Shown here piece after piece: positions 17,890 to 28,338 of a DNA stretch of 64,000 nt; within the stretch, counting starts at the first letter, position 1; each line of letters starts with the position of its first letter. The notes below the pieces were generated by a model. It had not been told where the DNA came from. It did not search any database and saw only the letters and a program-made list of their open reading frames with translations. The DNA is taken from NCBI GenBank assembly GCA_965219955.1, contig OZ244799.1, forward strand, positions 1,952,001 through 2,016,000, given 5' to 3'. The DNA is from a bacterium (lineage in GTDB: Bacteria > UBA8248). Both the position numbers and the translations under genes were made by a program.

Positions 17890-18293
17890 TCGCGCTCGAC
17901 ACGAACGTCCTCGTCCGATATCTGGTCGAGGATGATGCGGCCCAGACCGAAGCGGCCCGAGGTCTGATGGCGGGGCTGACTGCCGAGCGGCCCGGCTTTA
18001 TTTGCCGCGAGGTGACTGTCGAACTCGTCTGGGTGCTCGAGCGAACCTATCGGTTATCCCGTGAACGAATCGCAGAAGTGTTGGATGAACTCATCGCCAG
18101 CGTGGAACTCGAAATCGAATCGGCGGACGACGTGGCCCGCGCCGCTTTCCATTACCGAAGCGGCGGGGCCGGTTTTTCCGACCTCATGATCGCAGCCGCC
18201 GCGAACCGAAGCGGCGCGCATCCTCTCTATACCTTCGACAGACGAGCAGCGCAGATAGAGGGGGTGGAGTTGGTGGGGGAGTATTCCGGCTGA
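17886..18293 (+). CDS. vapC: VapC PIN-domain toxin
   Basis: MIALDTNVLVRYL, ELVWVL, FSDLMI and YTFDRRA. Confidence 0.9.
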   Translation: MIALDTNVLVRYLVEDDAAQTEAARGLMAGLTAERPGFICREVTVELVWVLERTYRLSRERIAEVLDELIASVELEIESADDVARAAFHYRSGGAGFSDLMIAAAANRSGAHPLYTFDRRAAQIEGVELVGEYSG

Positions 18294-18652
18294 GGAAGAA
18301 CTGGGTCGCGCTCTACGCGAATACGGCGAGAAAGGGCCATGCGCGGGTGATGGGGTGTTGAGGGGGGAAAATGAGAGCCGTCGTGATTTATGGCGATCGA
18401 GTTAAGACAGGGACAAGCGCATCAGCCACCCTCGCCTCCTTGCAATAAGCAGGAAATTATTAAAGACTAAAAGCAAACACGAGGATTCTTAAAGACCCGA
18501 ATCCACGGTTACATCATTGGGGCAAACGATTTTGCCCAAGCCCGTTGGGTAGGCGCTCGGCTTGCGTCCAAATATCGCGTCACCTACCTCTCCTTGGGAG
18601 ATGAGGTGCGAAATACGCCGGTGCGGCCCATTGTCGATGCGACATTTGAGGA

Positions 18653-19579
18653 ATGAAGATGGGCATTAAATTCGTGCTCGCCCTCACGGATAAAGACTGG
18701 TTTGAGACACTTCGGCGGCATCCTAGTCTGGATGAGGTCAATTTTTGGGCCCCCTCACCAACGAATTTCCGCGCGCTCCAACCAGGTGAACTATTCTTGT
18801 TCAAATTGCATTCACCTCACAATGTGATCGTAGGCGGTGGCGTCTTCGCCTATGCAAACTCACTACCATGTTCTCTGGCCTGGGAGGCTTTCGGTGAGAC
18901 CAATGGTGCACGATCTGCACGGGAAATGCGCACCCGAATTGCCAGGTATCGAAGGCAAGAGCCAAACGATCCGAGCGATTTTGAAATCGGTTGTCGAATC
19001 CTAACCCAGCCTTTCTTTTTCGACGAAGCGGATTGGATTCCTCAGCCAGCAAGTTGGAGTCCGAATATCGTCTCCCTCAAAACCTACAACACAGATAACG
19101 TCGAGGGTCTGCAGCTTTGGGAGGATGTAAATGACCGTCTGAGCAGACAACCTGGAAATGAATTGGCAGAAGAACTCGAGCGATATGGGAAGCCACAACG
19201 CATTCGGCCCCGACTTGGGCAAGGCGCTTTTCGCGTACTTGTGACTGACATTTACGGAAGGCGGTGTGCAGTTACACAAGAGCGGACTTTGCCTGCTCTG
19301 GAAGCAGCTCATATCCGTCCCTATGGTTGCGGTGGTACGCATGATGCACAAAATGGGCTCCTCTTGCGACGTGATATTCACAGCCTATTCGATTCCGGCT
19401 ATGTCACCGTAACACCCGATCTCAACTTCGAAGTCAGCCGACGTATTCGTGAAGAGTATGAAAATGGCAGACACTACTACGCCCTACATGGAAAGCGAAT
19501 TAACGCGCCCGACTTGCTCGACGAACGCCCTGACCATGCTGCTTTGACCTGGCACAACGAACATTGTTTCAAAGGATAA
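18653..19579 (+). CDS. HNH endonuclease with N-terminal putative DNA-recognition domain (COG3440-like)
   Basis: RLGQGAFR, CAVT, LEAAHIRPY, NGLLLRRDIHSLFD; N-terminal VNFWAP...FLFKLHSP. Confidence 0.85.
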   Translation: MKMGIKFVLALTDKDWFETLRRHPSLDEVNFWAPSPTNFRALQPGELFLFKLHSPHNVIVGGGVFAYANSLPCSLAWEAFGETNGARSAREMRTRIARYRRQEPNDPSDFEIGCRILTQPFFFDEADWIPQPASWSPNIVSLKTYNTDNVEGLQLWEDVNDRLSRQPGNELAEELERYGKPQRIRPRLGQGAFRVLVTDIYGRRCAVTQERTLPALEAAHIRPYGCGGTHDAQNGLLLRRDIHSLFDSGYVTVTPDLNFEVSRRIREEYENGRHYYALHGKRINAPDLLDERPDHAALTWHNEHCFKG

Positions 19580-19582
19580 ACG

Positions 19583-20518
19583 GTGGCCTTGATTCCTGAT
19601 AACGACCAAGATACGCAGATGAGAATGGCCGCTTTCGATCGCGTTCGGGAATTACAGGAAATACATGATCACCTGACTGCAAATGAGTTAAGTCCGGGTT
19701 TTACTTTCGAGGGCAAACGCTTCCCGCTCGTCAATCCGCAACGCGGCATTTTCAAACCCCGACAAATGCGATTCTTGCTTTCGATCAGGACTGTATTTCC
19801 GGCGCCGGGCGGAAGAATCTGGTATGACGATCAGCGCGAAGTTCACCGCCAGATATATGAGGGCGACGAAACGGTTGATTACGCGTTCATGGGGGAAAAC
19901 CCGGAAGCTGCCGACAATCGTTGGCTGCGCGAGGCATTCGAGAACAAAGTGCCGGTGATCTATTTCCTCGGCGTTGCCCCGAGGAGGTACCAGGCCATCC
20001 TCCCGGTTTTCATCACAGGATGGGACGCCGGAGCATTGAAGGCGCAAGTTGCGTTTGGAGCGCCGGGCCAAGAGATACTCGCACCGCCGAATAATGTCGT
20101 GGAGCGTCGTTATGCTCTGCGTTCGGTGAAACATCGGCTGCATCAAACATCGTTTCGAGAGGCCGTCATCACTGCCTATAACGGCCGTTGCGCGCTGTCG
20201 GGAATACCCGAACCACGTCTGTTGGATGCAGCGCACATTATTTCAGATAGGGATGAACGGCTCGGCCAACCGGTAATCCCCAACGGCATCCCGTTGTCGA
20301 AAACCCATCATGCCGCCTTCGATAAACATCTGATCGGGATCGACCCGGACTACCGTGTGCATGTCTCCGACCAACTGCTTGGCAAGCATGATGGCCCCAT
20401 GCTCGAAGCGCTGAAGCAACTCGATGGTGGATCCATTCATCTCCCTAGACGCGTTAAGGACCAACCGGATCAAGACCGGCTTGCGCTGCGTTTCGAGCGC
20501 TTCAAGGCAACGGCGTAA
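19583..20518 (+). CDS. HNH endonuclease with N-terminal SRA-like domain (COG3440-like)
   Basis: RLHQTSFR, CALSG, LDAAHI, NGIPLSKTHHAAFD; N-terminal RGIFKP...WYDD...DNRWLREA...VIYFLGV. Confidence 0.85.
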   Translation: MALIPDNDQDTQMRMAAFDRVRELQEIHDHLTANELSPGFTFEGKRFPLVNPQRGIFKPRQMRFLLSIRTVFPAPGGRIWYDDQREVHRQIYEGDETVDYAFMGENPEAADNRWLREAFENKVPVIYFLGVAPRRYQAILPVFITGWDAGALKAQVAFGAPGQEILAPPNNVVERRYALRSVKHRLHQTSFREAVITAYNGRCALSGIPEPRLLDAAHIISDRDERLGQPVIPNGIPLSKTHHAAFDKHLIGIDPDYRVHVSDQLLGKHDGPMLEALKQLDGGSIHLPRRVKDQPDQDRLALRFERFKATA

Positions 20519-20674
20519 GACATTCTATTACGTGATACTTCAGAATCGATTATCTCGGGACACAAACGATATGCTTTGGTAGGAACGCGTCTCATATGTT
20601 CAGAACGTAAACTTCCTTGATAAATTTAAGTGATATAGTTTCTGAGATGAGAACGTTTATTTCCATTCTCAACC

Positions 20675-21304
20675 CTACCTCCTCATCTCCCGCGTCTCAA
20701 TCTCCCCGCCCTCTTCCCTCTCACCACCCGTCATGCCCTGGAGCTTCTCCTTCACCGCGCCGACGCCCTCTTTGGCCGAGTCGAGTTTGTCGCCGAGTTT
20801 CTCTTTGGCGGCGTTCATGCCTTCCTCGATATCCGCCTTGTCGAACGCCTGGATGTAGGCGCTCACCTCCCGCACATACGGGAGGAGCCTGTCCCCGCCG
20901 CCTGTGGGCAAAAAGCCGGACGCATGGGGTTCGAAAGCCGCCAGCCCCAGGGCGATGAAGAAAACGCCCTTGGCGCACCCGATGAGGCCGCCGCCGAGCC
21001 TGGAGAACAACCCGGGCGTGGCGATCGACAAGACGCCGAACATCATACGGAAGAACCAGGCGGCGAGCACCCATACGCTAAAGAAGAGAAGCGGCTTGAC
21101 GAACGAATCGAGCCGGCCCGCCTCGCCCAGGAGGTAGGCGAGGTAGGAACGCGTAAGGTCGGTGAACTGCATGGTGACGAGAACCGCGATTCCCAGCGCG
21201 ACCACGGAGAATGTTTCGCGGAAAAAACCACGCACGCAGCCGCGGATGAGGAACGCGCCGACGAATACGGCGATGACGATGTCGGGAAACGTGAAGGAAA
21301 TCAT
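20675..21304 (-). CDS. cvpA: CvpA (colicin V production) family membrane protein
   Basis: DIVI...RGCVRGFFRE and SRLGGGLIGCAKG. Confidence 0.85.
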   Translation of the reverse strand: MISFTFPDIVIAVFVGAFLIRGCVRGFFRETFSVVALGIAVLVTMQFTDLTRSYLAYLLGEAGRLDSFVKPLLFFSVWVLAAWFFRMMFGVLSIATPGLFSRLGGGLIGCAKGVFFIALGLAAFEPHASGFLPTGGGDRLLPYVREVSAYIQAFDKADIEEGMNAAKEKLGDKLDSAKEGVGAVKEKLQGMTGGEREEGGEIETREMRR

Positions 21305-21409
21305 ATAAATTTTGAGTCTCTACGGACGGAAACTGTACGGCCTCGTGATAGAGCGGGCTTAATCTAGAAAAATAACAATGCGTTTGTCACTTCAAATTCA
21401 AGCGCCTGC

Positions 21410-21883
21410 TCAAATTTTTTCCTTCCACATCACCAGGGCGTCTTCGCGGTTGTCGGGGTAATAGCGCGGGCGCATGGCCGCCGCCGTGAACCCCCACTTC
21501 TCATACAAGGCGATGGCGGCGGCGTTGCCGAGGCGCACCTCCAGGGTGGCGCGGAGGAGGCCCCTGCCCTTCGCATCTTCGAGAACCCTCCCCAGTAGAA
21601 CATCCGCCACCCCCTTGCGCCTGTGGGCGGGCGCGACGGCGAAATTCGTGATGTGGCACTCATCCACCACCTCCCACCAGCAGGCGTAGCCCATGACGCC
21701 GGCGCCCGAAGTTTCGGGTATACCGGGGGCATCTTCATCCTCCGTCACGACCAGGAGACGGGAATTGTCGATCTCGCGAATCTCGCGGAGAAAACTCTCC
21801 CTGGACCACGGAAGCGGAAAGGAGAGGCGTTCGATGGCGTGCACCTGCTCTACGTCTTCGACTCTCATGGGCCTGGTATTCAC
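21410..21883 (-). CDS. rimI: Ribosomal protein S18 alanine N-acetyltransferase
   Basis: IERLSFPLPWS, HITNFAV, RRKGVA, TLEVR, RYYPDNREDALVM; GTG start. Confidence 0.92.
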   Translation of the reverse strand: MNTRPMRVEDVEQVHAIERLSFPLPWSRESFLREIREIDNSRLLVVTEDEDAPGIPETSGAGVMGYACWWEVVDECHITNFAVAPAHRRKGVADVLLGRVLEDAKGRGLLRATLEVRLGNAAAIALYEKWGFTAAAMRPRYYPDNREDALVMWKEKI

Positions 21884-22072
21884 GGCTTTTCATCCTCTCA
21901 CGCAGCCGGAAACGGCGAATGAAGCGAATTCCCCTGAAACTCTTTCGCCCCGAAGTTTTCGGGACTATAATGCGCCGACCGAACTTCAGAACATTTGAAC
22001 ACAAACCGACGCCGCAAACGTAGCGCGTTCGCGGTCGAGCGAAAACCCAAGAAACCGATACGGAGGATCATC

Positions 22073-22783
22073 ATGGGCGCAACTCTTACTTATCTGGGAC
22101 ATTCCACTTTCGTCGGTCAGTCAGGCGGGGGCAAGACCTTCTACATCGATCCCTGGCTCGAAGGGAACCCGCGCTGCCCCGAAGGCCACACCAGCCCGCA
22201 GAAAGCGGACCTGATCGCCCTCACCCACGGCCATTTCGATCACATCGCCGCCGTCATGGACGTCTACGGCCAGGGCGGATGCCCCGTCGCGGGCCCCTAC
22301 GAACTGGTGAACCTCATCGCCCAGAACGAGGGCTTTGCGGAAGAGCACGCGGGCGCGATGGGCAAGGGCGGCACGGTGGATTTCGGCGGCATCGGCGTCA
22401 CCCTCACCCACGCCATGCACAGCTCCAGCTACAACGATCCGGGCGTCTACGCAGGCGAGCCCGCCGGCCTCGTCATGACCTTCGAGGACGGAAAGCGCGT
22501 CTACCACGCGGGGGATACCGCCGTTTTCGGCGACATGAAGATCATCGGCGAGTTGTATCAGCCCGATCTCTGCCTCCTGCCCATCGGCAGCCGGTTCACG
22601 ATGGACCCGCGCGAGGCGGCCCTCGCCGTCGAGCTTCTGGGCGCGAGCCGGGTCGTGCCCATCCACCACTCGACCTTCCCGCCGCTCACGGGCACGCCCG
22701 AGCAGTTCGCGGAAGAAGTCGCGGCGCGGGGTCTCTCGCCCGAGATCACCGTGATGGAGCCGGGCGATTCCATCAGCGTGTAA
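22073..22783 (+). CDS. UPF0173 metal-dependent hydrolase (MBL fold)
   Basis: YLGHS, IDPWL, THGHFDH, YHAGDT and LPIG. Confidence 0.9.
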   Translation: MGATLTYLGHSTFVGQSGGGKTFYIDPWLEGNPRCPEGHTSPQKADLIALTHGHFDHIAAVMDVYGQGGCPVAGPYELVNLIAQNEGFAEEHAGAMGKGGTVDFGGIGVTLTHAMHSSSYNDPGVYAGEPAGLVMTFEDGKRVYHAGDTAVFGDMKIIGELYQPDLCLLPIGSRFTMDPREAALAVELLGASRVVPIHHSTFPPLTGTPEQFAEEVAARGLSPEITVMEPGDSISV

Positions 22784-22801
22784 ACGCAGGGGAATGATAT
22801 A

Positions 22802-23070
22802 TAACCCGACAGCGGGTTCCGGGTTCGGGGTTGGAAAGCCCGACCCTTGAGGGTTTTGCCATCCAAGGAGGAGGAGAAATCGACTCCCCCCTTGAGGGGG
22901 AGTCGAAGAAGCCTTTGTCATAGGAGCAACCCCCCCTACCCCCCCTTGTCAGGGGGGTAAAAAAAGGCGACACCAACCGCCGGTTGAGGGGCTTTTGTTT
23001 TTTCTTGCCCCCCTGTTAAGGGGGGGTAGGGGGGGTTGCCTTTATCCCCTGACAAGGGGGACTTTTTCAT
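22802..23070. repeat. Cluster of short palindromic repeats (ACTCCCCCCTTGAGGGGGAGT; CCCCCTTGTCAGGGGG; CCCCCCTGTTAAGGGGGG)
   Basis: The same hairpin families recur at ~25330, ~31101, ~50092, ~51260 and ~62250. Confidence 0.8.
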
Positions 23071-23206
23071 TGACCTTCAAAGAGGAATAGCAAAACCCGG
23101 GCGGAAAGAAGTAGCCCCCAACTGAAGCATATAACTCTCAAACGCAGGCGCCGAAGAAACGGAAAAACAGGAATTCGTTATCAACGCCAAAAGAAAGGAA
23201 CCACGC

Positions 23207-24976
23207 ATGAGTGAGGCCCCCCAAGTCAACGCGAGAACGGAAGACCGCGACGGAATGCGGATCACCTGGCACCAGCCCATCGAGATGGACGACGGCCTCG
23301 TGCTCCGCGCCGACGTGTTCCGGCCCATCGAGGAAGGGAAATACCCCGTCATCCTGACCTACGGCATCTACGCCAAGGGGGTGGCCTACCAGGAGGGCTA
23401 TCACCACCAGTGGAACAAGATGGTGGCGGATTATCCCGAAATTCTCGAGATGTCCACCAACAAGTACCAGAACTGGGAGGTCACGGACCCCGAGTGCTGG
23501 ATTCCGCACGGCTACGTCTGCATCCGCGTGGACTCGCGCGGGGCGGGCTGGTCGCCCGGCTTCATGGCGCCCAACTCCCCTCGGGAGATCGACGACCTCT
23601 ACGAGTGCATCGAATGGGCGGGCGTACAGGAGTGGAGCAACGGGAAGGTGGGGATGCTGGGCATCTCCTATTACGCGCGCAACCAGTGGCGCATCGCGGG
23701 CAGAAAGCCCCCGCACCTGACCGCCATCATCCCCTGGGAGGGCGGGAACGACACGTACCGCGATTCGGGCTACCACGGGGGAATCCTAAGCCAGTTCCAG
23801 GAGCAGTGGTCGAAGGTGCAGGTGATGAACGTCCAGTACGGACGCGGCGAGAACGCGCGGAAACACCCCGTGACGGGAGAGTCCGTCGCGGGCCCCATCA
23901 CGCTGACCGAAGAGCAACTCGCCCAGAACCGCGTGAACGCCTTCGAGGAACTCAAGAAACACCCCTTCGACGGCCCGTGGCACCGGGACCGCTCAGGCGA
24001 CCTCTCGAAAGTCACCCTCCCGCTCCTCACCTGCGCCAACTGGGGCGGACAGGGCATCCACCCGCGCGGGAATTTCAACGGCTACATCGAATCGCCCTCG
24101 GAACAGAAATGGCTGGAAGCGCACGGCGATTCGCACTGGTCGCTGTTTTCGAGCGCGTACGGGCTGGACCTCCAGAAGCGCTTTTTCGACCATTTCCTGA
24201 AAGGGATCGACAACGGCTGGGAGAAGACCCCGCGCGTGGCCCTCAACGTCCGCCACCCGGGGCCGAAATTCGTCCACCGCTACGAGAACGAGTGGCCCCT
24301 GGCGCGCACGCAGTGGACGAAGTTCTATCTCGATCTCGAGAACAAGGCGCTCAGCACCGAACCCGTTGCCGGGGAGGCGAGCCTCGAATACGACGGCATG
24401 GGAGACGGCGTGACGTTCTGGATGCCGCCGATGGAGGAGGCAACCGAGATTACGGGGCCGATGGCGGCGAAGCTGTTCGTCTCCTCATCCACCGAGGATG
24501 CGGACCTCTTCCTCATCGTGCGCGTGTTCGACCCGGAGGGCAAGGAACTCACCTTCATGGGCTCCACCGACCCGCACACGCCGATTGCGAACGGCTGGCT
24601 GCGCGTCTCGCACCGCGCCCTGGACCCCGAGAAGAGCACCTTCTACCGGCCCTACCATCCCCACGACAAGGCGGAGAAGCTCACGCCGGGCGAGGCGTAC
24701 GAGTGCGACGTGGAGATCGTCACCTCCTGCATCGTCGTGCCCGCCGGCTGGCAGGTGGCGTTCACCGTGCGCGGAAAGGACTACGAGTACACGGGCGAGC
24801 TCAGCGAGTTCGGCAAGCAGTTCCACTACTCCACGAAAGGCACGGGCGGCATGACGCACAACGACCCCGACGACAGGCCGCCCGCGGTCTTCGACAACAA
24901 GGTGACTCTCCACGCCGGCGGCGGGCGCGACCCCTACCTGCTCCTGCCCATCATCCCGCCGAAAGAGGGGGAGTAG
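23207..24976 (+). CDS. CocE/NonD family serine hydrolase (peptidase S15)
   Basis: DGLVLRADVFRP, VDSRGAG, WSNGKVGMLGISYY nucleophile elbow, C-terminal jelly-roll. Confidence 0.92.
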   Translation: MSEAPQVNARTEDRDGMRITWHQPIEMDDGLVLRADVFRPIEEGKYPVILTYGIYAKGVAYQEGYHHQWNKMVADYPEILEMSTNKYQNWEVTDPECWIPHGYVCIRVDSRGAGWSPGFMAPNSPREIDDLYECIEWAGVQEWSNGKVGMLGISYYARNQWRIAGRKPPHLTAIIPWEGGNDTYRDSGYHGGILSQFQEQWSKVQVMNVQYGRGENARKHPVTGESVAGPITLTEEQLAQNRVNAFEELKKHPFDGPWHRDRSGDLSKVTLPLLTCANWGGQGIHPRGNFNGYIESPSEQKWLEAHGDSHWSLFSSAYGLDLQKRFFDHFLKGIDNGWEKTPRVALNVRHPGPKFVHRYENEWPLARTQWTKFYLDLENKALSTEPVAGEASLEYDGMGDGVTFWMPPMEEATEITGPMAAKLFVSSSTEDADLFLIVRVFDPEGKELTFMGSTDPHTPIANGWLRVSHRALDPEKSTFYRPYHPHDKAEKLTPGEAYECDVEIVTSCIVVPAGWQVAFTVRGKDYEYTGELSEFGKQFHYSTKGTGGMTHNDPDDRPPAVFDNKVTLHAGGGRDPYLLLPIIPPKEGE

Positions 24977-25031
24977 GCGAAATCCTGATTTCGTGATTTG
25001 GCGTATGGGGCCGACCGGGGAGGGGGGGTCC

Positions 25032-25318
25032 GTAAGGACAGGCACGGGGGCCTGTCCCTACATTCTCGTTTATCGACCGAGCAAAGGCATCGTCATTCCG
25101 GCGAAAGCCGGAATCCATTCTCAAGCAGTATGACTATGCTCCGGCTTTTTATCTCCTCGTCATTGGCGAGAACCAATCAGAAAATAAAAACCAAAGGCAA
25201 AAAATGGATTCCGGCTTTCGCCGGAATGACGAACCAGGGTGAGAGCCACATTTTTCCGTAGGGGTCGTTCGCGAACGACCCTTGCCGGAGGAACGGGCGC
25301 TTCACGAAGCGCCCCTAC
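25032..25318. repeat. REP-like hairpins: GTAG-type REPs plus a GTCATTCCGGCGAAAGCCGGAATCC inverted doublet
   Basis: GGACAGGCACGGGGGCCTGTCCCTAC; doublet at 25091-25119 / 25203-25231; GTAGGGGTCGTTCGCGAACGACCC; GGGCGCTTCACGAAGCGCCCCTAC. Confidence 0.85.
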
Positions 25319-25340
25319 GGAACTTCTACCCCCCTTGTCA

Positions 25341-25543
25341 GGGTTGTTGAAAAAGCCTCGATGAACGAGGGATGGCGAATTATGGCCGCGCTCGCCGCGG
25401 ATGAAAATTTCAACCGTAGGGGCGGGCCTCTGTGCCCGCCCGTATCGGGAATGTCCATGCCCGTAAGAGACCTCGGACAGGCACGGAGGCCTGTCCCTAC
25501 GGCGAACAATCTCGAAGGTCGGATAGGGGTTTTTCAACAACCC
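25341..25543. mobile_element. MITE-like element with 14-bp TIRs inserted in a hairpin loop
   Basis: GGGTTGTTGAAAAA...TTTTTCAACAACCC flanked by a direct repeat CTTGTCA (25334-25340 / 25544-25550), the loop of CCCCC-TTGTCA-GGGGG; contains two GTAG-type REPs. Confidence 0.8.
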
Positions 25544-25596
25544 CTTGTCAGGGGGACTTTTTCAACGGCCCCCTCCGGGAGGGGGAAACATCAACA

Positions 25597-26367
25597 TCAC
25601 CCCGCGGCGCCGCGGCCGCCGTCCACGACGATGTGCTGTCCGGTGAGATAATCCGAAGCCGAAGAGCACAGAAAAAGCGCCGCTCCCGTCAGATCCTCAG
25701 GAACCCCCGCGCGGCCTGCGGGCGTGCGCGCGTGGACTTCCGCCATTTTCTCTTGATTGGCGAACAGGCCTCCCGTCATCGGCGTCTTGGTGAGTTGCGG
25801 CCCCAGGGCGTTCACCTGGATGTCGTGCGGCGCCCATTCGAGCGCCAGCGCGCGCGTCAGGGAGACGACCGCGCCCTTGGTGGCGACGTAGACGGCCTGG
25901 TTGGGGACTGCGCGCTCGGCCACCATGGAGGTCAGGAGAACGATTTTCCCGCCGCCCTGATCGACCATGACTTTGGCGGCCTCCTGCGCGCAGAGAAACG
26001 CGCCGCGCACGTTCGAGGCCAGGAGCGCGTCCACGTCTTCGGGCGCGTGGTCGAGCGCGGGCTTCACGATGTTGATCGCCGCGCTGTTCACCATGACGTT
26101 CAGCCCGCCGTGGCTCGATATGACCTCTCCCACCATCGCGGAGACGGAGTCTGCGTCCCCGACGTCGCAGGCGAGAAACTGCGCATCGAGACCATCCGCC
26201 CGGAGGGCTTCAAGCGCCTCGTCTCCCCGCTCCTTCGAGCGGCCCGCGATGACGACCCTGGCGCCCGCATCCGCGAGCGCCTTCGCAATCGCCAGGCCGA
26301 TGCCCGAGGTGCCGCCCGTAACGAGGGCGACGCGGCCGTCCATCCTGAATTGTTTTATCATCGCCAC
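25597..26367 (-). CDS. SDR family oxidoreductase
   Basis: TGGTSGIG, NSAA and YVATK. Confidence 0.93.
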   Translation of the reverse strand: MAMIKQFRMDGRVALVTGGTSGIGLAIAKALADAGARVVIAGRSKERGDEALEALRADGLDAQFLACDVGDADSVSAMVGEVISSHGGLNVMVNSAAINIVKPALDHAPEDVDALLASNVRGAFLCAQEAAKVMVDQGGGKIVLLTSMVAERAVPNQAVYVATKGAVVSLTRALALEWAPHDIQVNALGPQLTKTPMTGGLFANQEKMAEVHARTPAGRAGVPEDLTGAALFLCSSASDYLTGQHIVVDGGRGAAG

Positions 26368-26386
26368 ACCTCCGAAAGGCTGCTAC

Positions 26387-27196
26387 TCACAGGCGCGGCC
26401 TCAGATATTCGATCGTCTTGGTCGCCGCCGTCTCGAAGTCGGGCTTCTGGGCGAGTTGGGCCGAGAGAAAGCCCGCATAGCCCACCTCCTTGAGCGCGCC
26501 GATGATCTCATCGAAGGGAATGTGGCCCGAACCCGGGTAGGTGCGCATGTTGTCGGCGATGTGGAAATAATCGATCCTGTCGCCCGCCTCTCGTATCGCG
26601 CCCCCGAACGAGGCGTCCTCGATGTTCATGTGGAAGCTGTCGATCAGGAAACCCACCGCCTCGTGATTCATCTCGTCCAGAAAATCCAGGCCCTCTCTCG
26701 TGGAGCGCACGAAGTTCGTGTTGAAGCGGTGGTGCGGCTCGAAGAGCATTTTGATGCCGCGCTCCCCCGCCCTGTCGGCGCCCGCACGCAGTCCATCCCA
26801 CATCCACGCTTCGGACTCGGCCCTCCGCTCGTCTTCCAGAAAATTCCCCCGGAAGCGGCCGATGTTCACCGGACAGCCCAACTCGCCCCCGAAGTCGATG
26901 TGGCCGAAAAGGCGCTCGATGGCCTTCGCGCGAACGTCGGCGTCTGCGTGGCAGATTTCGATCTCGTCCTGATAGGAGATCGGCGCCGTACCGATGAGGG
27001 AGACTTCGAGACCGGTTTCCTCGATCGTGCGGCGCAGCTCATCCTTGTCGAAAGCGCCCGTGTCGCGCGTCGCGAGTTCCACGCCGTCGAAACCCAGATC
27101 CCTCAAAAACATGAGATTGTCCCGGAACGCGCCGCGCACCGCGGGCATGAGCGGCGTCGTCACGTCGGGCGTTGCAACCACATATCCGATTTTCAT
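26387..27196 (-). CDS. Sugar phosphate isomerase/epimerase (TIM barrel, IolO/tagatose-epimerase-like)
   Basis: GFDGVEL, FEPHHRF, DSFHMNIED, HIADN.R.YPGSGH and GYAG. Confidence 0.85.
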   Translation of the reverse strand: MKIGYVVATPDVTTPLMPAVRGAFRDNLMFLRDLGFDGVELATRDTGAFDKDELRRTIEETGLEVSLIGTAPISYQDEIEICHADADVRAKAIERLFGHIDFGGELGCPVNIGRFRGNFLEDERRAESEAWMWDGLRAGADRAGERGIKMLFEPHHRFNTNFVRSTREGLDFLDEMNHEAVGFLIDSFHMNIEDASFGGAIREAGDRIDYFHIADNMRTYPGSGHIPFDEIIGALKEVGYAGFLSAQLAQKPDFETAATKTIEYLRPRL

Positions 27197-27387
27197 CCTG
27201 CCCTGCTCCTTTCACGCAATCGTTTCACCAAATTTCAATACGCATACGGTTCTCGTTTTCCTGCGGGTGCGGCGACACTATAGCCGCAAGGGCGCCGGGG
27301 CGAAAGAGGAAGATGCGTTGCCCGAACGGCGGCGATTCTGTAGCTTTAACAGGTACCCGACACCACACAAAACCCGAAAGGAACGGC

Positions 27388-28335
27388 ATGAGAGAAGACC
27401 AGAGGCTGCTGCACGGCGCAATCGACACCCACATCCACGCATCGCCCAGCCTGTTCCCGCGCGTATGCGACCACATCGAGTGCGCGCGCGGGGCGGCTTC
27501 GGTCGGGATGCGCGGCGTGGTGTTCAAGGTTCACCACGGCGACACGTCGGGCCGCATCCCCATCGTGCGCGAGGTGATGGGCGACGCCATCGAGATATAC
27601 GGGGGGGTCACGCTGAACAGCCCGGTGGGCGGGTTCAACCCCTTCGCCGTGGACACCGCCATCAAGATGGGGGCGAAGATGGTGTGGATGCCCACCATCA
27701 GTTCGCTGAACCACCTGGAAAAGCTGGGCGCGCCCCATTTCCCGGGCATGAAGCAGACCAGCGGCGTGAACCTGAAGGAAGAGGGCCTCACCATCTTCGC
27801 GGATGAGAAGCGCACCAAGATTCATCCGGAAGTGAGAACCATCTGCAAGCTCATCGCCGATGCGGGCATCTGCCTGAGCACGGGGCACCTGGACGTGGAC
27901 GAGGTGCGCGTGCTCATCCCCCTCGCGAAGGAAGAGGGGGTGAAGCACATCATCGTCCAGCACCCCGAATACATCGTGGACGCGTCCATCGAGGAGCAGG
28001 TGGAATTCGCAAAGATGGGGGCCTACATCGAGCATCTGGCGATCTTCTGCTTCACCCACTGGGGCGCGTATCCGACCGATGAGAACGCGCCGCCCATATC
28101 CGTCAGGGAACAAGCCAAGATGGTGAAGGCCGTGGGCGCGGCGAAGACGATCCTCTCCACCGACCTCGGCCAGCTCCACAACGCGCCCCCCTGGGAGGGC
28201 CTGCGCGTGTTCGTTCAGCTCTTGCTCGAAAACGGAATCAAACCCCGCGAGATCGAGACGATGCTCCACAAAAACCCCGCCCGCGTCCTGGGTCTGCCCT
28301 TGAAGGCGCCGAAGAGAGAGGTGGAATCAACCTAA
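27388..28335 (+). CDS. Amidohydrolase-superfamily protein (DUF6282-like)
   Basis: GAIDTHIHASP, VGGFNP, VWMPT, TGHL, QHPE and LSTDLGQ. Confidence 0.8.
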   Translation: MREDQRLLHGAIDTHIHASPSLFPRVCDHIECARGAASVGMRGVVFKVHHGDTSGRIPIVREVMGDAIEIYGGVTLNSPVGGFNPFAVDTAIKMGAKMVWMPTISSLNHLEKLGAPHFPGMKQTSGVNLKEEGLTIFADEKRTKIHPEVRTICKLIADAGICLSTGHLDVDEVRVLIPLAKEEGVKHIIVQHPEYIVDASIEEQVEFAKMGAYIEHLAIFCFTHWGAYPTDENAPPISVREQAKMVKAVGAAKTILSTDLGQLHNAPPWEGLRVFVQLLLENGIKPREIETMLHKNPARVLGLPLKAPKREVEST

Positions 28336-28338
28336 AGC

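Noticed and set aside
20519-20674. AT-rich stretch with GAACG/TCTCA/TGAGA repeats, possible recombination site at the islet edge
   Set aside because: Repeats are too short and irregular, and no recombinase is nearby.
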